Of a stretch of DNA of 64,000 bases, positions 19,591 to 29,037 are shown one piece after another. The position numbers were made by a program, and so were the translations under genes. Origin of the DNA: an uncultured Verrucomicrobiae bacterium (GTDB lineage: Bacteria > Verrucomicrobiota > Verrucomicrobiia > Chthoniobacterales > Chthoniobacteraceae); NCBI GenBank assembly GCA_963715805.1, contig OY970277.1, positions 2,844,368 to 2,908,367 of the forward strand, written 5' to 3'. Numbering within the stretch: position 1 is the first letter of the stretch; each line of letters starts with the position of its first letter. The notes under the pieces are model-generated. The model saw only the letters and a program-made list of their open reading frames with translations. It was not told where the DNA came from and did no database searches.

Positions 19591-20368
19591 GGGGCTCCGC
19601 ATCGAACGCGCCGGAGTCGTCATCCTCGACGGCATCTCGTGGCGGGTCGAGCCACGCCAGCATTGGGCCATCCTCGGCCCGAACGGGTCGGGGAAGACCT
19701 CCCTGCTCAGAGCCCTCACCGGCTATTTCATGCCTACGGCTGGCACTATCACCGTGCTCGGGGGCACGTATGGCCGCACGGACTGGCGCGAGTTGCGGTT
19801 ACGCATCGGCCTCGTCAGTTCCGCCATCCGGCAGATGATCGGCGACGACGAGGTCGCCCTGAACGCCGTCGTCAGCGGCAAATACGCGATGGTGAACCTG
19901 TGGGGAAGGGTCACGCCGGCCGACAGGCGGCGGGCCCTGCGATTTCTGGCCCAGGTCGAATGCGCCCCGCTCGCCGCGCGCGCGTGGCAGCACCTGTCCC
20001 AGGGCGAACGCCAGCGCGTGCTCATTGGCCGCGCGTTGATGGCCAGGCCGCGCCTGTTGATCCTGGACGAGCCGTGCGCGGGGCTGGATCCCCTCGCACG
20101 CGAACACTTCCTCCAGTTCCTCGAACGCCTCGGTCGGCTGCGCGGAGCCCCCGCGCTCGTCCTTGTCACCCATCACATCGAAGAGATCACGCCCGTGTTC
20201 TCCCACGCTCTTCTGCTAAAAGGAGGCCGCGCGCTCGCCTCCGGCGAGAAGGGCAAGACGCTCACTTCACGCCTGCTTTCCGAAGCTTTCGGCGCGCCCA
20301 TCGCCGTGCGCAAAGCCGGAGGCCGCTTCACGCTTACCGTGCGCGGCCGAAAAAGCGTCATCGCCTGA
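19565..20368 (+). CDS. ABC transporter ATP-binding protein
   Basis: Walker A GPNGSGKTS, signature LSQGERQR, Walker B LLILDEP. Confidence 0.85.
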   Translation: MAKPVLAVEGLRIERAGVVILDGISWRVEPRQHWAILGPNGSGKTSLLRALTGYFMPTAGTITVLGGTYGRTDWRELRLRIGLVSSAIRQMIGDDEVALNAVVSGKYAMVNLWGRVTPADRRRALRFLAQVECAPLAARAWQHLSQGERQRVLIGRALMARPRLLILDEPCAGLDPLAREHFLQFLERLGRLRGAPALVLVTHHIEEITPVFSHALLLKGGRALASGEKGKTLTSRLLSEAFGAPIAVRKAGGRFTLTVRGRKSVIA

Positions 20369-20408
20369 CGGGGCGCGACTTGCTCGCGCGCGCTCCGGCT
20401 GGCGTCGC

Positions 20409-21341
20409 CTAGGGGTTCTCTTCCAGCCGCTTTGAAGTCAGCGCCTGCATCCGGTCGATGCGCTCTTTGAGCGAGGGGTCGAGGTTGCGCATCTTGTTGT
20501 AGAGCGCCTTGTAGAAGACCTTGGAAGCTTTGGCCTGTTCGTCGGCGGAACTCGCCGTGTCCATCTTCTCCTTGAGGCCGAGGACGGAATCGTCTTCGAG
20601 CGCCTTCGCCTTGACGGCGTTGAATTTGGTTCGCTCCTGGGCGTCGTGGTCGGCCTCGGACTCCACGTCGGGGCCGGGGGCGGCCGGGGTCGGGACAAAC
20701 GGGTTCGGTTCGCTCAAGGGCGAGGCGGGGGTCGCATCGGCCTGTTGAGGGAGGCCGCCGGCGTCGGGGGTTGGGGTTGGTTTGCCGTGTTTGGACTTGC
20801 GGCCCTTCTTCCCTTTCGGCGTCGGCGCGGCGGTGGGCGTCGGCGCCACGGTAGGCGCCGGAGTGGACGTGGACTCCGGCGTGGGGGCGACTGTGGGAGC
20901 CGGCGTCGCCGTGGGGGCCGGCGCCGCGGTGGCCTGCGGGCTCGGCTCGGGGCTCTCCGCAGCCCTGGTGCTGTGTCGGCGCTTGCCGTGGCCTTTGCGC
21001 GACTTCGATGGTTTGGGCGTTTCGGAGGGCGCGGCGGTCGGGGCTGGAGTGGCGGCGGGCGAAGCCGCGGCGGCGGCGGGGCTTGGGCTTGCGGCGGTTT
21101 CGGCGGAGGCGGCCCTGTGTTTGCGCTTCCTGTGGTGTGCGGGCGATGCGGTGGGCTCTGGCTTGGGGGTGGACTTGGCGGTGGAGGCGCTGACCTTTGG
21201 CGCCTTCGGGAACTCACCGAACATGCGTTCGACGGCGGGCCGCCGATCCCGAGGAACCGGGGTGGGAGTCGCCTGTTGGGCAGGCGCGCGCACGGTGAGA
21301 ATCGCGAAGAGCGCGAGCGGAAAAAAAAGCGGTCTTTTCAT
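20409..21341 (-). CDS. secreted Pro/Thr/Ala-rich low-complexity protein
   Basis: Signal peptide MKRPLFFPLALFAILTVRAPAQQ; APTPTAAPTP repeats; structured C-terminal ~80 aa. Confidence 0.5.
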   Translation of the reverse strand: MKRPLFFPLALFAILTVRAPAQQATPTPVPRDRRPAVERMFGEFPKAPKVSASTAKSTPKPEPTASPAHHRKRKHRAASAETAASPSPAAAAASPAATPAPTAAPSETPKPSKSRKGHGKRRHSTRAAESPEPSPQATAAPAPTATPAPTVAPTPESTSTPAPTVAPTPTAAPTPKGKKGRKSKHGKPTPTPDAGGLPQQADATPASPLSEPNPFVPTPAAPGPDVESEADHDAQERTKFNAVKAKALEDDSVLGLKEKMDTASSADEQAKASKVFYKALYNKMRNLDPSLKERIDRMQALTSKRLEENP

Positions 21342-21457
21342 ACAAATCGGAGCATCGCAGCTTGTCATCCGGGGTGCGGGCTGTCGATAGTAAAGCCGGA
21401 AACATGCCTCGCAAGACTTACCCCAGATGCCCGTGTCCCGAATGGTGCTCGCGGCTT

Positions 21458-22045
21458 ATGAAGAGTCTCCCGCTTAAGGACTGCGCCCGGCTCCACGAAC
21501 GCCTCAGGCTCCGCCGGCGCCCGCCGGTTTCGCGCCTCAGACGGGTCGAAGCGGGTCTGGCGGTTGCGGCCCTCCTTTTGGTTCCCTTCATCCTGCCGCG
21601 GCGGGCCCGCGTCCTGCGCCGGGTCATCATCCGGGCGCGGCCGTCCGAGATCTTTCCGTATCTGAACGATTTGCGGAACTGGCCGAAATGGACTCCGTGG
21701 GGCCGGAACGAGCCGGTGCAATATTCCTACTCCGGCCCGGAGACCGGCGCGGGCGCGGAGCAGAAATGGTGGGCGAAGCGGATGAACGGCGAGACGCGCC
21801 TGCTGCAGAGCGTGCCGGACGAGCAGGTGGCCTACCACGCGAATATTCAGGACGGGAATTTCCTCTCGGACGGCATCCTCACCCTCGAACCGATCGGCGA
21901 CGTGACGCGGGTAACCTGGCTCGTGCGATGGGACAGCGGCCCAAACCCGTATGCGCGCTACAAGACGCTCCTCATAAAGCTGTTCTCGAAGCGGGATTTC
22001 CAAAAGGGCCTTTCCAACCTCAAGGCGTTGGTAGAACGCTACTGA
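21458..22045 (+). CDS. SRPBCC (polyketide cyclase/dehydrase-like) family protein with N-terminal TM
   Basis: IIRARPSEIFPYLNDLRNWPKWTPW...TRVTWLVRWD pattern of Polyketide_cyc2. Confidence 0.6.
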   Translation: MKSLPLKDCARLHERLRLRRRPPVSRLRRVEAGLAVAALLLVPFILPRRARVLRRVIIRARPSEIFPYLNDLRNWPKWTPWGRNEPVQYSYSGPETGAGAEQKWWAKRMNGETRLLQSVPDEQVAYHANIQDGNFLSDGILTLEPIGDVTRVTWLVRWDSGPNPYARYKTLLIKLFSKRDFQKGLSNLKALVERY

Positions 22046-22068
22046 ACGCCCGCGGGCCGGGAGGAACC

Positions 22069-23211
22069 ATGGAAGATCCCGGGCGCTGTTGGGCGGAGAT
22101 CGATCTCGATGCGCTGCGGCACAACGCCGGGGTCGTGCGCGAGCGGGTCGGGAACGCCTGCCGCATCATGGCCATCGTGAAGGCGGGCGCGTATGGCCAT
22201 GGCATGCTGGAGACGGCGCGGGCGCTGGCCGGCATCACGCAGGTTTTCGGCGTGGCGTGCGTCTCGGAGGCGAGGGTATTGAAGGCGGCCCTGCCCGAAG
22301 CGCAGATCCATCTCCTGGGGCCCGCGCTGCCGCACGAGCGCGAGGAAGTGGTGAGAGAAGGCTTCGTCCCCCCGGTCTCTTCGTTCGAGGAGGCGGCGGC
22401 CTATTCGGCGCTTGGCAGCGAAGCGGCGCGCGGGAAAGCGGTGCGCGTTCATCTCGCCGTCGATACCGGGATGGGCCGCATCGGCGTGTGGGAGGCGGAG
22501 GCGCTGGAGGCGGCGGGCCGGATGCTGCGGCTGCCGGGGCTGAAGATCGCGGGCATCGCCAGCCACCTCCCCGTAGCCGACGAGGACGAAGCATTCACCG
22601 GGGCGCAGTTGAGGCGGTTCGGGACGCTGGTGCGGGCCTTGCGCGAGCTGGGGCTGGACGCGCCGCTCGTGCATAGCTTGAACAGCGCGGGGGTCATCCG
22701 CTTCTCCTCGGAGGCCCACGATATGGTGCGGGTGGGCCTCATGCTCTACGGGAGTTCGCCGATACCGGACTTCCAGCGGCGGCTCCGGCCGGTCATGGCG
22801 CTGAAAACGCGGGTCTCGCTCGTGCGCGAAGTCGGCGCAGGGAGGGGCATCAGCTACGGCAGGACGTTCATCAGCGAACGCCCGATGCGGGTGGCGACGC
22901 TCGCGGCGGGCTACGCCGACGGCTACCAGCGCCGCCTCTCGAACGAGGGTGCAGCCGTTCTCATCCAGGGGCGGCGCTGCCATTTGCTGGGACGCGTGAC
23001 GATGGATCAGATCATGGTGGATATCACGGCGCTGGGGGGCGTCGCGCCCGGGGACGAGGCGGTGTTGATGGGGCGGCAGGGCTCCGAGGAAATCTTCGCC
23101 TGCGAGCTGGCCGAAAAAGCGGGCACCATCGCGTGGGAGATTTTCACTGGCGTCGGCGTGCGCGTGGCGCGAACTTATTTGCATGGCAATCCGGTTCCCG
23201 GGAAGGCTTAA
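22069..23211 (+). CDS. alr: alanine racemase
   Basis: AIVKAGAYGHG (PLP Lys), ...TMDQIMVDIT...; RBS gggagg upstream; 380 aa. Confidence 0.9.
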   Translation: MEDPGRCWAEIDLDALRHNAGVVRERVGNACRIMAIVKAGAYGHGMLETARALAGITQVFGVACVSEARVLKAALPEAQIHLLGPALPHEREEVVREGFVPPVSSFEEAAAYSALGSEAARGKAVRVHLAVDTGMGRIGVWEAEALEAAGRMLRLPGLKIAGIASHLPVADEDEAFTGAQLRRFGTLVRALRELGLDAPLVHSLNSAGVIRFSSEAHDMVRVGLMLYGSSPIPDFQRRLRPVMALKTRVSLVREVGAGRGISYGRTFISERPMRVATLAAGYADGYQRRLSNEGAAVLIQGRRCHLLGRVTMDQIMVDITALGGVAPGDEAVLMGRQGSEEIFACELAEKAGTIAWEIFTGVGVRVARTYLHGNPVPGKA

Positions 23212-23222
23212 TCCAGCTCGAA

Positions 23223-23582
23223 ATGTTTCAGATCGTCTTTAACGAATTGAGCGCTGCGGAGATGGCGGGCCTGCCGAAGCCGCTCCAGCTCGAGCTCCTG
23301 GCCGAGTTCCAGGTCCTGCCCCACGGCGAGATCGCGGATTCCGGCCGGTTCGGGAAGATCGAGCGCGAAGGAAAAACCTTGTACCGTTACCGCGCGAAGG
23401 ATTACCGCATCTATTTCGAGAAGAGCCCGGAGGGAATCACCGTCCACCGGGTGCTGCACAAGAACACGCTGCGCGATTTCCTCTTCCGCACGAAGCTGCC
23501 GATGGCGGAGGACGACCAGCTCGGCAAGGCCGGGGCGTTCTGGAAGCTCATCGAGGAAGGCGAGGAGACGCGCAAGAAATGA
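23223..23582 (+). CDS. RelE/ParE-superfamily toxin-like protein, orphan (no adjacent antitoxin); stop overlaps next gene ATG
   Basis: C-terminal core KTLYRYRAKDYRIYFEKSPEGITVHRVLHKN matches the ParE/RelE fold signature (YRiiY...I.vlri.H). Confidence 0.6.
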   Translation: MFQIVFNELSAAEMAGLPKPLQLELLAEFQVLPHGEIADSGRFGKIEREGKTLYRYRAKDYRIYFEKSPEGITVHRVLHKNTLRDFLFRTKLPMAEDDQLGKAGAFWKLIEEGEETRKK

Positions 23583-24772
23583 CCGGCGGGGCGGCGGAGG
23601 CGGACAAGCCGGGCTGTTCCATCGAGGCGCTCGTGCTGGATGAAGCGCGCCGGCGCGAAGTGTTCCCCGTCTGCCGCAGGAAGGTTTTCTTCGGGCACGC
23701 GGGCGTTACCGCGCTGCCCAGGCCGGTCGCGGATGCCATCATCGGCTACACCCAAAAATCGTCGGAGAATCACCAGGAGTTTGGCGAGGTGCTGCGGGAC
23801 ATCGACCAGGCGCGGAAGACCGCGGCGCGCTTCATCGATGCGCAGCCGGAGGAGATCGCGCTGCTCGGGCCGACTTCGCTCGGGCTGAGCCTTTTCGCGA
23901 ACGGCATCCCGTGGGAGAGGGGCGACGAGTTGCTCTGCTATTTCGGCGACTACCCGGCGAACGTCTATCCGTGGATGGACCTGGGCCGGCGCGGGGTGGA
24001 TGTCCGGTTCCTAAAAACGGAGCGGCCGGGCGAGATCACGCCGGAGTCCGTGGCGGCGGCGCTGACGCCGCGCACGCGTTTGGTGGCGCTGGCTTCGTGC
24101 AATTTCCTCACCGGCTACCGGATAGACGTGGACGCCATCGGGGCGCTGCTGGCGGAGAAGGGGGTGCTCTTTTCGTTGGACGGCATCCAGACGCTCGGTG
24201 CGTTTCCGCTCTCGGTCCGGAACGTGGATTTCCTGAGCGCCGACGCGCATAAATGGATGCTCGGGCCGATGGCCATCGGCATCGTTTACGTCAAGAAAAA
24301 GCATTTCGAGATGCTGCGGCCGACGCTCCTGGGGGCCTGGAATATCCAGTCGCCCAACTTCATCGTGCAGAAAGAGGTCGTCTTTTACGACACCGCGCGG
24401 CGGTACGAGCCCGGGGTGCTGAACGTCGCCGGCGTTTACGGGATGCAGGCCGCGATGGACCTGGTGCTGGACGCGGGCTATGACAAGGTGGCCGCCCGGG
24501 TATTGGAGTTGCAGAAGCATTTCGTGGGGGCGCTGCTGCCCCTCGGGTTCGAGATCATTTCGCCCCACGGCGGTCCGAATGCGTCGGGCATCGTGACGTT
24601 CCGGCACCCGCGCCTGGATATGGCGGAGGCGTTTGCGGCTCTGGAGCGCGCCGACGTGGTGGCCTCGTTGCGTTTCGACGCCGGTGGGGTCGCTTATATA
24701 AGGGTGAGCCCGCATTTTTATAATACCGTCGAAGAAATCGAGCGAGCGGTTGAGGTTCTGCGAGCCCTGTAA
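23579..24772 (+). CDS. class-V aminotransferase-fold PLP enzyme (cysteine desulfurase/SufS-like)
   Basis: SADAHKWMLGPMAIG (PLP Lys); 397 aa. Confidence 0.8.
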   Translation: MTGGAAEADKPGCSIEALVLDEARRREVFPVCRRKVFFGHAGVTALPRPVADAIIGYTQKSSENHQEFGEVLRDIDQARKTAARFIDAQPEEIALLGPTSLGLSLFANGIPWERGDELLCYFGDYPANVYPWMDLGRRGVDVRFLKTERPGEITPESVAAALTPRTRLVALASCNFLTGYRIDVDAIGALLAEKGVLFSLDGIQTLGAFPLSVRNVDFLSADAHKWMLGPMAIGIVYVKKKHFEMLRPTLLGAWNIQSPNFIVQKEVVFYDTARRYEPGVLNVAGVYGMQAAMDLVLDAGYDKVAARVLELQKHFVGALLPLGFEIISPHGGPNASGIVTFRHPRLDMAEAFAALERADVVASLRFDAGGVAYIRVSPHFYNTVEEIERAVEVLRAL

Positions 24773-24851
24773 TCCAGGGGCGTGCTTGGCTTAGGCCCGC
24801 TACATATAGTGGTTGCACCGTGGGCGATGCCCACGTTACAGTAGGCGCGGC

Positions 24852-27800
24852 ATGTATCTTCATTCCATCGAGGTCGCTGGTTTCAAGTCGTTCGCCACCA
24901 GAACCGTGCTGAACTTTCACCGCGGCGTCACGGCCATCGTCGGGCCGAACGGGTGCGGGAAGTCGAACATCCTCGATGCCATCCGCTGGGTGCTCGGCGA
25001 GCAGTCGGCCAAAGCGCTGCGAGGCGGCGAGATGGCCGATGTCATTTTCGGCGGCACGGATTCGCGGCCCGCGCTCGGCATGGCGGAGGTGTCGATGACC
25101 TTCGCCGAGTGCGAGAAGGAACTGGGCGTCGAGTGGAACGAGGTGCGCATCACCCGCAAAGTTTTCCGCGACGGGAACTCGGAATATTTCCTCAACAAAA
25201 CGGGCTGCCGGCTCCGGGACATCCAGCAGCTATTCATGGATACGGGCATCGGGCGCAGCGCGTACTCCATCATGGAGCAGGGCAAGCTCGACCTCATCCT
25301 GAGTTCGCGGCCGGAGGATCGGCGGGCCATTTTCGAGGAAGCGGCGGGCATCACGAAATTCAAGTCGCAGCGCAAGGAAGCGCTCCGCAAGCTGGAATAT
25401 ACGGAGGCGAACCTGGTGCGCCTCACCGACATCATCAAAGAGGTGAAGCGGCAGATCGGCTCGCTCCAGCGGCAGGCGGGGAAAGCGCGCCGTTACCAGG
25501 ACCTCATGGCGGGCCTGCGGACGCTGGAGACGAATTTCGGCCGGCGCCAATTCGAGGGCCTGGACGCAGCGCTTCGGGAAAGCCAGGCGGAGATCGAACG
25601 GATCACCGCCGCGCAGGAGAACCAGCAGGCCGAGATCGATGCGCAGGAGGGCCGGGTGCGCGGGGAGCGGCATCGGCTGGAGGAAGCGGAGCAGGGGCTG
25701 GCCGCGGCCCGCCAGGTCGTGCAGGACTTGAAACGGCAGATCGCCCATGCCGAGGACCGGGCGGCGTTCGACCAGGAGCGGATCGCGGAACTCGAAAGGC
25801 TCGTTGACCGCTACCGGCACGACGCCGATTCGGCCGCGGAGAAGCTGGAGCTGCAGGAAACGCGGATAGCCGCGACCGACGTGGAATTGCAGGAGCTGGT
25901 CCGCGCTCTCGGCTCCGAGAAGGCGCGGCTCGAAGAGAAACGCGCGGCAGTCGGCCAGCTCACGAGCCGGCGCGCCGAGACCGAGACCTCCTTGCGCGAC
26001 CTGCTCGATTCCATCTCGCGCAAGGAACGCGAACTCAACTCATTGCGCGGGGAACTCCAGGGCGCAGTCCACACCCGGGACGGCAGCGAGGCGCGGCTCG
26101 GGTTGTTGAAAAGCGAGATGCAGCAAGCCGCGGCGACCCTGGAGCACCACCGGCGGCAGGAACGCGAGCTTTCCCTGGAGCTCGAAGAGAGCCTGCGGAC
26201 GCTCGCCCACGGCGAGGAGCGCCTCGCGCAGGCCGAGGCATTCGCGCGCGGCGTGGAGGAAGAGTCCGTCCGTTGTGACCAACAGCTCTCGGGTGAGGAG
26301 CGCACGTTGGCCGAAAAGGCCTCCCGGCTGGAAGTGCTGCGCCAGTTGAACGAAGAGGGCGAAGGCTTCACCGGCGGCACGCAAGCCGTCCTGAAGGGGC
26401 TGGATAACCCGGCATTTTTCAAACCGGCTGTCGGAGGCGCGCTCGCGTCGTGCATCGACGTGGAGCCGGACTTCATCCCGGCCATCGAGGCGGCGCTCGG
26501 GCTGAATTTGCAGGCCATCGTGCTGAAAGACACCGCCGTCGCGGAATCGATGATCAAGACCCTGGCGGCGAAAAAGCTGGGCCGCGCGTCCCTCGCGCTC
26601 CGCGAGTTCATGGGCGGGGCAGCCGCGAGGAATGAGGCTCTGCCGGAAGGCGCGGTCGCCTGGGCCCGGGACAAAGTGCGCGCCGCCGAGGAGCTCGATG
26701 CGTTCCTCTCGACGGTGTTGGGGGGCGTCGCCATCGTCACCGACCTCGAGAAGGCCCTGGAGCTGAAGCGGCAGCATCCCGCCGTCACATTCGTCACGCT
26801 CGCGGGCGAGGTCGTGTTCGCATCCGGCATCCTCCAGGGCGGGCAGGCGGGCGAAGCGGTCAGCTCCGTGCTCCAGCGCAATGCGCAGATCGGCGCGCTC
26901 CAGAAAGAGACCGATGCGCTCCGCGGCGCGATCCTGGCGCTCACCGGCCGCAAGGAGGAGATCGCCGGGCAGCTTGAATCGGCGCGGGCCGGGATGAAGG
27001 AGGCGCGGGAGGAGAACCAGCTTCTCCAACTGGGCGTCTCGAGTCTGCGCGGGCAACTGTCGCTGCTCGAACGCGAGGTGCGCGAGACCTCCGCAAAGGG
27101 GGACAACCTCCGCTGGGAAGACGAATCGACCGAGAAACGGCGGCTCGAAGCCGTGGCGCAATTGGCGGGGCTCGAAGCCCGTTTCGCCGAGGCGCAGGCG
27201 GAACTCGGCGACCTTGGAAGCCGCAAGGCCGGCCTGGAAACGGAGCTCGCCGCGTTGCGGCAGAACGAGGCCGACGCCGGCGGGGAGCTGAACGAACTCC
27301 GGATCAAGGTCGCCACCGAGCAGCAGCGCCACGCCAGCCTCGACAGCCAGCGCCTGCCGATGGCCGCGCGCGTGGATGAGTTGAAAGAGCTCATCGACCA
27401 GCGGCGGCGGGACGCGGAGGATGACCGCGGGAAGATTGCTTCCCTGGAGGAGGAGGCCGCCCAGGCGCTGGCCGAGAGCGAGGAAGCCCGGGCCCGCTCG
27501 GCGGACGCCGAAGAGGCGGTGAACCGGTGGATCGGCGAGCGCGCCGCGGTCGTAGCGGCGGCGGAGGAAGTCGATAATACGCTGCGCATCCTGCGGAGGC
27601 AGTTGAGCGATTCGCACGACCAGCGGGGCCGGCACGAGGTCAAGGCCACGCAGACGCAGTTGCGCGTCGAGAACCTGTGCGAACACATCCTGCGCCGGCA
27701 CCAGGTCGACCTCCGCGACTTCCGGCCCGATACCTATGCGCTCCTCTCCGTCCTCAACGGGCAGAAGACGGAACCGGCCGACCCGGGGGGCGGGATCGAC

Positions 27801-28562
27801 TGGGGTCGTGTCGAGGAGCTTGTGAGGGAATGGGATCAGAAGCTGGATGCGATGGGGCCCATCAACGTGGACGCCATCCACGAATACGACGAGCTCGAGG
27901 AGCGCTTCGCTTTTCTCGGGAAACAGTTCGACGATCTCACGACTTCAAAAACCGAGCTGCTCGACGTCATCGCCAGGATCAACGGCACCACGCGCAAGCT
28001 CTTCGCCGAGACGTTCGAGAAAATCCGGGTGAATTTTCAGGACATGTTCATGGAGCTGTTCGGCGGCGGCAAAGCGAACCTGCTGCTCGCCGACGAGTCC
28101 GATGCGCTGGAGAGCGGCATCGAGATCGTCGCGAAGCCTCCGGGCAAACAACTGCAGGCCATCTCGCTCCTCTCGGGCGGCGAGAAGACGATGACGGCGG
28201 TGGCGCTCCTCTTCGCGATCTACATGGTGAAGCCGAGCCCATTCTGCGTGCTCGACGAGATGGATGCGCCGCTGGACGAGTCGAACATCAACCGTTTCAT
28301 CAAGATACTGGACCGGTTCGTGGCGCAGAGCCAGTTCGTGGTCATCACGCACAACAAGCGCACGATCGCGAAAGCCGATGTCTTATACGGCGTCACGATG
28401 GAGGAGCACGGGGTCAGCAAGCTGGTCGGTGTGAAGTTCTCCCACCGCGACGAGGAGGCGCCCCCGTCGAAAGAAGTTCGCGCAAACCGAATCTTTCCGC
28501 CTGCCGCTGAACCGGACTTCTCAAGGCGCGAGGAACTCGAAGAAGCTCTCACGCCGGGCTAG
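24852..28562 (+). CDS. smc: chromosome segregation protein SMC
   Basis: MYLHSIEVAGFKSFA...GPNGCGKSNILDAIRWVLGEQS; long coiled coils; C-terminal LSGGEKTMTAVALLFAI...VLDEMDAPLDE. Confidence 0.95.
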   Translation: MYLHSIEVAGFKSFATRTVLNFHRGVTAIVGPNGCGKSNILDAIRWVLGEQSAKALRGGEMADVIFGGTDSRPALGMAEVSMTFAECEKELGVEWNEVRITRKVFRDGNSEYFLNKTGCRLRDIQQLFMDTGIGRSAYSIMEQGKLDLILSSRPEDRRAIFEEAAGITKFKSQRKEALRKLEYTEANLVRLTDIIKEVKRQIGSLQRQAGKARRYQDLMAGLRTLETNFGRRQFEGLDAALRESQAEIERITAAQENQQAEIDAQEGRVRGERHRLEEAEQGLAAARQVVQDLKRQIAHAEDRAAFDQERIAELERLVDRYRHDADSAAEKLELQETRIAATDVELQELVRALGSEKARLEEKRAAVGQLTSRRAETETSLRDLLDSISRKERELNSLRGELQGAVHTRDGSEARLGLLKSEMQQAAATLEHHRRQERELSLELEESLRTLAHGEERLAQAEAFARGVEEESVRCDQQLSGEERTLAEKASRLEVLRQLNEEGEGFTGGTQAVLKGLDNPAFFKPAVGGALASCIDVEPDFIPAIEAALGLNLQAIVLKDTAVAESMIKTLAAKKLGRASLALREFMGGAAARNEALPEGAVAWARDKVRAAEELDAFLSTVLGGVAIVTDLEKALELKRQHPAVTFVTLAGEVVFASGILQGGQAGEAVSSVLQRNAQIGALQKETDALRGAILALTGRKEEIAGQLESARAGMKEAREENQLLQLGVSSLRGQLSLLEREVRETSAKGDNLRWEDESTEKRRLEAVAQLAGLEARFAEAQAELGDLGSRKAGLETELAALRQNEADAGGELNELRIKVATEQQRHASLDSQRLPMAARVDELKELIDQRRRDAEDDRGKIASLEEEAAQALAESEEARARSADAEEAVNRWIGERAAVVAAAEEVDNTLRILRRQLSDSHDQRGRHEVKATQTQLRVENLCEHILRRHQVDLRDFRPDTYALLSVLNGQKTEPADPGGGIDWGRVEELVREWDQKLDAMGPINVDAIHEYDELEERFAFLGKQFDDLTTSKTELLDVIARINGTTRKLFAETFEKIRVNFQDMFMELFGGGKANLLLADESDALESGIEIVAKPPGKQLQAISLLSGGEKTMTAVALLFAIYMVKPSPFCVLDEMDAPLDESNINRFIKILDRFVAQSQFVVITHNKRTIAKADVLYGVTMEEHGVSKLVGVKFSHRDEEAPPSKEVRANRIFPPAAEPDFSRREELEEALTPG

Positions 28563-28623
28563 CAGCTCGCCGCTCAGTAGCCGCGAGCCTTGCGGTCGCG
28601 TTCTTATTCGGATCGGCACTGCC

Positions 28624-28658
28624 AAAAAAGTGAGGCGGCTGAAACAGCCGCCTTCACA
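28624..28658 (-). terminator. intrinsic terminator for the DUF1328 gene (minus strand)
   Basis: GGCGGCUG-AAA-CAGCCGCC perfect hairpin followed on the minus strand by UUUUUU. Confidence 0.6.
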
Positions 28659-28692
28659 CCAACCACACTTTGTCGGTTTACTAAGCCAGTGG

Positions 28693-28863
28693 CTAAGCCA
28701 ACGGCGGCCTGCGCCTGCCCATCAGCAGAGACACCACGAACAAAACCAGGAAAATGACAAACAGGATATACGCGATATGAGTCGCAACCCCCGCCACGCC
28801 AGTAATTCCCAACACGCCGGCAATCAGCCCGATTACGAGAAAAGTTAATGCCCAAGACAACAT
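28693..28863 (-). CDS. DUF1328 (UPF0391) small membrane protein
   Basis: [53 protein letters not shown]. Confidence 0.8.
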   Translation of the reverse strand: MLSWALTFLVIGLIAGVLGITGVAGVATHIAYILFVIFLVLFVVSLLMGRRRPPLA

Positions 28864-29037
28864 AGAATCACCTCCTTTGCTTTGAATAGGAATCGGATCG
28901 CAGTATACGATTGCGCGTTTCAAAGAGCGCAAACTTTCAGTGCGCTGGCTCGCGAGGAGGGACATCGCGGTCACTGGGTGCGCCGTAGGGCATTTCGAGT
29001 GCTGTCCGGCACGGAAAATGCCCCTTCTTGTACGGAC

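Noticed and set aside
26040-27881. 613-aa and 625-aa minus ORFs inside smc
   Set aside because: Antisense artefacts of the GC-rich, repetitive coiled-coil coding region
28882-29037. Upstream ATG (28882) as the sensor start
   Set aside because: Would overlap the divergent DUF1328 gene and its promoter; the Met preceding the first TM helix (29038) is more plausible
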